This document shows, piece after piece, positions 59,503 through 64,000 of a stretch of DNA of 64,000 nucleotides. The translations under genes were made by a program, and so were the position numbers. The stretch's first letter is position 1; each line of letters opens with the position of its first letter. The notes under the pieces were generated by a model. The model was not told the origin of the DNA and did no database searches. It saw nothing but the letters and a program-made list of their open reading frames with translations. The DNA is from Aestuariivita sp. (lineage in GTDB: Bacteria; Pseudomonadota; Alphaproteobacteria; Rhodobacterales; Rhodobacteraceae): positions 11,109 to 75,108 of the forward strand of contig NZ_JAAWWD010000008.1 of assembly GCF_021404545.1 (NCBI RefSeq). The letters are read 5' to 3'.

Positions 59503-59976
59503 ATGTACGACATGAACACCGAGCTCAAACGCGCTGATATCGGCCTGATCCAGCGCATCCTTCCGCATCGCTATCCATTCCTTCTGGTGGACAAGGTCGT
59601 CGAGATCGACGGGACCCAGTCCGCGCTGGGCATCAAGAATGTCACCATGAACGAACCGCATTTCCAGGGTCATTTTCCGGGCAATCCCATTATGCCCGGC
59701 GTGACCATCATCGAAGCGATGGCCCAGACCGCTGCCGTGATGGTGGGCGTTGCGCTTGAGGTTGTCGACCGTGATCTCAAAGTGTATTTCATGGCCATCG
59801 ACAAGTGCAAGTTTCGCCGCATGGTCGTGCCCGGCGACGTGCTCCAGATGCGCCTGACCACGATACGGGGCAGGCCCGGCGGCAAGGTCTGGCGGTTTGC
59901 CGGTGTCGCGACGGTTGATGGAGATATGGCGGCAGAGGCCGAGTTTACCGCGATGATGGACATGCCCTCCGAATGA
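59503..59976 (+). CDS. fabZ: 3-hydroxyacyl-ACP dehydratase
   Basis: [25 protein letters not shown]. Confidence 0.97.
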   Translation: MYDMNTELKRADIGLIQRILPHRYPFLLVDKVVEIDGTQSALGIKNVTMNEPHFQGHFPGNPIMPGVTIIEAMAQTAAVMVGVALEVVDRDLKVYFMAIDKCKFRRMVVPGDVLQMRLTTIRGRPGGKVWRFAGVATVDGDMAAEAEFTAMMDMPSE

Positions 59977-60764
59977 GCGTTCCCGCCCAGATACACGCCA
60001 GCGCGGTGGTCGAGCCGGGCGCACAGGTGGGCCAGGGCTGTGTCATCGGTCCGTTCTGCGTGGTGGGGGCGGATGTTGTGCTGGCCGATCGGGTGGAACT
60101 GAAAAGCCATGTGGTCGTGACCGGCGATACCGTGATTGGCGAGGATACGGTCGTGTTCCCGTTTTCGGTAATTGGTGAAATTCCCCAGGACATGAAATTC
60201 AAGGGGGAGAAGAGCCGCCTGAGGATCGGGGCGCGCAACCGCATCCGCGAGCATGTGACGATGAACGCGGGCACTGAGAACGGCGGGGGCGTGACGCGGA
60301 TCGGAGAGGACGGGCTTTTCATGGCAGGGTGCCACATCGCCCATGACGCGCAGGTGGGCGATCGGGTGATCGTCGTGAACTCCGCCGCGATCGCGGGCCA
60401 TTGCGTGCTGGAGGACGATGTGATCGTCGGCGGGCTCAGCGGGATACATCAGTTTGTCCGCATCGGGCGCGGGGCGATCATCGGGGCTGTGACGATGGTG
60501 ACCCATGACGTGATCCCCTACGGTCTGGTGCAGGCCCCCCGCGGCGTGCTGGATGGGTTGAACCTGGTTGGGCTCAAGCGGCGGGGGGTCAGCCGGGCAG
60601 ATATCACCGCTCTGCGCGCTGCGTTCCAGATGCTGGCGCAGGGGGACGGAACCTTCCAGGACCGGGCGCGCCGACTGGGGGATGAAAACGACAGCGATTA
60701 TGTTCAGGATATCGTCCGCTTTGTCCTTGGCGACACTGAGCGGTCTTTCCTGACGCCCGGATAG
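59973..60764 (+). CDS. lpxA: UDP-N-acetylglucosamine acyltransferase
   Basis: Hexapeptide repeats; CHIAHD, GIHQF. Confidence 0.97.
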   Translation: MSVPAQIHASAVVEPGAQVGQGCVIGPFCVVGADVVLADRVELKSHVVVTGDTVIGEDTVVFPFSVIGEIPQDMKFKGEKSRLRIGARNRIREHVTMNAGTENGGGVTRIGEDGLFMAGCHIAHDAQVGDRVIVVNSAAIAGHCVLEDDVIVGGLSGIHQFVRIGRGAIIGAVTMVTHDVIPYGLVQAPRGVLDGLNLVGLKRRGVSRADITALRAAFQMLAQGDGTFQDRARRLGDENDSDYVQDIVRFVLGDTERSFLTPG

Positions 60765-60772
60765 GCCGGGCC

Positions 60773-61684
60773 ATGAGAGGACAGGCCCTTATCGCAGGCC
60801 GGGGCAGGCTCCCCGCCGCTGTTGCCGCCGAAATGGATCGGCCGCTGATTTGTAGCCTGCGGGGCAATGACCCTGACGGGCTTGAGCCGGAGATCACCTT
60901 CCGTCTGGAACATCTCGGAACCCTCTTGCAGACGCTGAGCGCGCGGGGTGTGACCGAGGTCTGTTTTTGCGGCGCGGTGCGCAGGCCCGAGGTGGATCTG
61001 GCGGCCATAGATGCCGCGACACTGCCACTGGTGCCTATCTTGCAACGCGCATTGCAGCCAGGCGACGATGCCGCCCTGCGCGCGATCATCGCGGTGTTCG
61101 AGGAGGCGGGCCTGACCGTCCGCGCGGCCCATGACATCGCGCCTGGCCTGTTGCCGCCCACCGGAACGCTCAGCCAGGCCCCGGCCGATGACGCGGTGCG
61201 TGCGGATATCGCGGCGGCCCGTGAGGCATTGGCGGAAATGGCCCGCATCGACGAGGGGCAGGCTTGCGTGATCCGGGACGGCCTCGTTCTGGCGCGTGAG
61301 GATGCGCGGGGGACCGATGCGATGCTGACCGATCTGGCGGCCCCGGGATCCCGGCCCGTGCCGCCCGCCGATGATCCGTTCAATTGGCTGATGGACAGTG
61401 TTGGCGACGTTCTGGATGACGCCGCCGACTGGCTTTCTGGCGAGGAGGCCGAGCGCGCGCGGCTCAAGGGCGCGCGGGGGCTTCTTTACAAGGCCCCCAA
61501 GCCGGGTCAGGACCGGCGGGCGGATCTGCCCACCATTGGCCCCGGCACTGTGCACGGGGCGGCCCGCGCGGGGTTGCGCGGGATTGCCCTTGAGGCCGGG
61601 GGCGTCATCGTTCTTGAACGCGCCGAGGTGATCCGGCTCTGTGATCGGGCGGGCCTCTTCCTGACGGTCAGAGAGATGCCTTGA
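60773..61684 (+). CDS. lpxI: UDP-2,3-diacylglucosamine diphosphatase LpxI, with internal insertion
   Basis: LIAGRGRLP, DEGQ, GTDAML, KAPKPGQDRRADLPTIG. Confidence 0.92.
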   Translation: MRGQALIAGRGRLPAAVAAEMDRPLICSLRGNDPDGLEPEITFRLEHLGTLLQTLSARGVTEVCFCGAVRRPEVDLAAIDAATLPLVPILQRALQPGDDAALRAIIAVFEEAGLTVRAAHDIAPGLLPPTGTLSQAPADDAVRADIAAAREALAEMARIDEGQACVIRDGLVLAREDARGTDAMLTDLAAPGSRPVPPADDPFNWLMDSVGDVLDDAADWLSGEEAERARLKGARGLLYKAPKPGQDRRADLPTIGPGTVHGAARAGLRGIALEAGGVIVLERAEVIRLCDRAGLFLTVREMP

Positions 61685-62847
61685 TGCGTGTCTTTATCCT
61701 GGCCGGAGAGCCATCGGGAGACCGGCTGGGCGGGGCGCTGATGGCCGGGCTGCGTCACCTGGTGCCGGAGGTCGGGTTTGAAGGGGTCGGCGGCACCGAA
61801 ATGGCGGCGCAAGGTCTTGAAAGCCTTTTTCCGATGGAAGAGCTCAGCGTGATGGGATTGGCTGAGATCCTGCCGAAATACGCCCATCTCAAACGCCGGA
61901 TCCGCCAGACCGCCGAGGCCGCGCTGACCGCGCAGCCGGATGTGATGATCACCATCGACAGCCCTGATTTTTCGCTCCGTGTGGCCAAATTGGTCAAGGC
62001 GCGCTCGGAGATCCGTACGGTCCATTATGTCGCTCCCACTGTCTGGGCGTGGCGCCCGGGGCGCGCGCAAAAGATGGCCCGGGTGATCGATCAGGTTCTG
62101 GCGCTTTTCCCGTTCGAGCCGCCTTACATGGAAGCCGCGGGAATGCGCAGCGATTTCGTGGGCCACCCGGTTGTGGCAGAGCCCGAACCGACCCAGGCCG
62201 ATGCGACCCGGTTTCGCGATGCCTATGACCTGGGAAAGCGGCCCATTTTGCTTGTTCTCCCCGGGTCGCGTCGGGGCGAAGTGGGACGGCTCGCCCAACC
62301 CTTTGGCGCGGCGCTGAGGCTTTTTCTTCGGAATGGACCGGACTGGCAGGTGGTCATTCCCGCAGCCGGTCCGGTGGCGGATCTGGTGAAGGACGTCACG
62401 CAGGACTGGCCGGGCGCTCCGATCATTCTGGACCCCCGCGAAGAGCAGCCCGAACAAGCGGCCATGAGCAAACGCGGCGCCTTTGCCGCGGCCAATCTGG
62501 CGCTTGCCGCGTCCGGAACGGTCTCGCTGGAGCTGGCCGCAGCCCGCACGCCGATGGTGATCGCCTATCGATTCAACACCCTGACCTGGATCCTGATCAA
62601 ACGCATGATGCGTATCGACACTGTGACACTGGTGAACCTGGTCTCGAGCAGCCGGGTCGTGCCCGAATGCCTCGGACCTGATTGCCGCGGTGATCTGATC
62701 GCAAAGACCCTGCAGCGCACTTACGATGATCCGGGCACGCAAGAGCGGGCAATGGCCCTGACGATGGAACGTTTGGGGCAGGGCGGAGAGCCGCCGGGCC
62801 TGCGCGCGGCGCGCGCCGTTCTGGACGGTCTCCAAGCTTCAACTTGA
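61681..62847 (+). CDS. lpxB: Lipid A disaccharide synthase
   Basis: AGEPSGD, IDSPDF, HYVAPTVWAWR, LPGSR, ASGTVSLE. Confidence 0.96.
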   Translation: MMRVFILAGEPSGDRLGGALMAGLRHLVPEVGFEGVGGTEMAAQGLESLFPMEELSVMGLAEILPKYAHLKRRIRQTAEAALTAQPDVMITIDSPDFSLRVAKLVKARSEIRTVHYVAPTVWAWRPGRAQKMARVIDQVLALFPFEPPYMEAAGMRSDFVGHPVVAEPEPTQADATRFRDAYDLGKRPILLVLPGSRRGEVGRLAQPFGAALRLFLRNGPDWQVVIPAAGPVADLVKDVTQDWPGAPIILDPREEQPEQAAMSKRGAFAAANLALAASGTVSLELAAARTPMVIAYRFNTLTWILIKRMMRIDTVTLVNLVSSSRVVPECLGPDCRGDLIAKTLQRTYDDPGTQERAMALTMERLGQGGEPPGLRAARAVLDGLQAST

Positions 62848-62902
62848 TCGAGATGAGCGCCTCCGGCGCACAGTCATGTTTTCAGGGGCGCTGACGCGCC
62901 GA

Positions 62903-62936
62903 TGCCTCCGGCGGTCGTATTTGTAAGCAAGAAGAA
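62903..62936 (-). repeat. Diverged relative of the intergenic repeat
   Basis: Minus strand TTCTTCTTGCTTACAAATACGACCGCCGGAGGCA. Confidence 0.4.
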
Positions 62937-63398
62937 CAAGGGCGCATATCTGCCGCTTGTGACCTGCCGATGTGTTGTCCAACGCGTCCCGGCCGAGGCC
63001 AGAAAGTCCGCGCTTTGATCACGATGACGGGCTGGATGCGCCATTGGGGACATGCATGGCAATCGGGGCGCTGTCTCTGACCCATTTCGCTGATGTGTCC
63101 GGCGTCTGAGGGTAGCATGGTTTCCAAGGGGGGTGGCAGACGGTGAAGAGAGGTGCCTCAGCGAAGGGCGGATCATGCGCTGCCCGGCAGGCGCATGCAA
63201 AGCATGCTGCCGAGAGGGGACGTTCTGGAGGAACATCAGGCTGGGCTATCCGGCGTCCGGGATGCCTTGATAGAGCTGCCCGGACCAGCTCTGCCATCAA
63301 GAAAGGATCTCTTCCATAGCGAACACAAGGGACGCGCAATGGCGGCCCTCACCGTCCCAAAGACGAGATCCGAAATCCCAAGCAGAAAATCTGAACAC

Positions 63399-64000
63399 TA
63401 AAGCGTCCGGCCGAAAACCTGAATCGTTGGGATTCCCATGAATGCTGATTTGTGATTCATCCTTATTGGGAAGATGGATCATGTCAGCACCTTTGCCTTC
63501 GGCGCTATGAACGCGGTTTCAGAAGTATATTGAAGAAGGGTTAAGCGGTTGTGCGGCGGCTTTGCGTCTGAAGGTGTCACCTGCCACGGGGGCAAGGTGG
63601 GCGCGTCGGGTTCGGACCATAGGTCATGCTGAACCGGCGCCCCAGGGACCACCATGTGGCCGGGGAAAGCTGGCCCCGCATCGGGCATTTTTAGAGGAAC
63701 TGATCGCACAAGACCCCGACATCACGCTGTTCGAGTTGCGCGACGCCTTGGCTGCGGCAGAGGGAGTGCAAGTCCATCACTCTTCCATCGCCAGTCTGCT
63801 GTCTCGGCTTGGGTTCACGCACAAAAAAAGTCGCTGGTCGCGGTCGAGCGCCGTCGCGCCAAGGTAAGGCAGCAGCGGGCCGATTGGTTCAAGCATCGGC
63901 TTCCGGCCATCGGGGCTATGCCAGAGCGCGTTGTCTTTATCGACGAAACGGCGGAGAAGACAAACCTGATCCGCTTGCGCGGCTGGGCCAAACGGGGTGA
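63399..64000 (+). mobile_element. IS630-family element, partial; ORF A carries a premature stop
   Basis: TA then AAGCGTCCGG left end; MSAPLPSAL*TRFQKYIEEG (TGA 63508-63510); DPDITLFEL HTH; A7G slippery site at 63823-63830; second frame VVFIDET (DDE). Confidence 0.88.

Noticed and set aside
62950-63398. Possible riboswitch or gene fragment between lpxB and IS630
   Set aside because: No recognisable RNA motif or protein family by eye

Overview
GC-rich alphaproteobacterial chromosome segment, most likely roseobacter group (Rhodobacteraceae), judged from gene content and order. All family assignments are by motif recognition only; no database search or computation was run. Layout: (1) 1-4130 core genes: lipoprotein, sufE, DUF1638 plus stand-alone corrinoid protein, a LexA-boxed radical SAM gene and tRNA-Leu(CAA). 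(2) About 4131-15600, an accessory island at the tRNA 3' end. Its left half is a collapsed prophage: int/xis, a relic of a second xis/int module, small early genes, a tail-fibre fragment with 3x126-bp repeats and a Dam-like methylase fragment. Its right half is a compact tyrosine recombinase surrounded by four clusters of degenerate ~24-30-bp palindromes that bracket cassette-like gene pairs (EamA+Lrp; DUF262+HEPN candidate defence pair), followed by an IS1182-like remnant and two orphan genes. (3) OxyR-like LysR lacking the peroxidatic Cys, divergent from usp-mrpABCDEFG. (4) Frameshifted LamG/RTX/Hint gene, MocA-like gene, two divergent GcvT-family oxidoreductases, BT1 transporter, CorC, xerD, aroKB, ssb, SLT, TPR-sulfotransferase and a peptide-type ABC transporter. 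(5) The conserved miaA / pyrH-frr-uppS-cdsA-dxr-rseP-bamA-skp-fabZ-lpxA-lpxI-lpxB block and a partial IS630 at the right edge. The best candidate for an undescribed system is the integron-like recombinase, palindrome and cassette architecture at 9148-13914, together with its DUF262-HEPN cargo.
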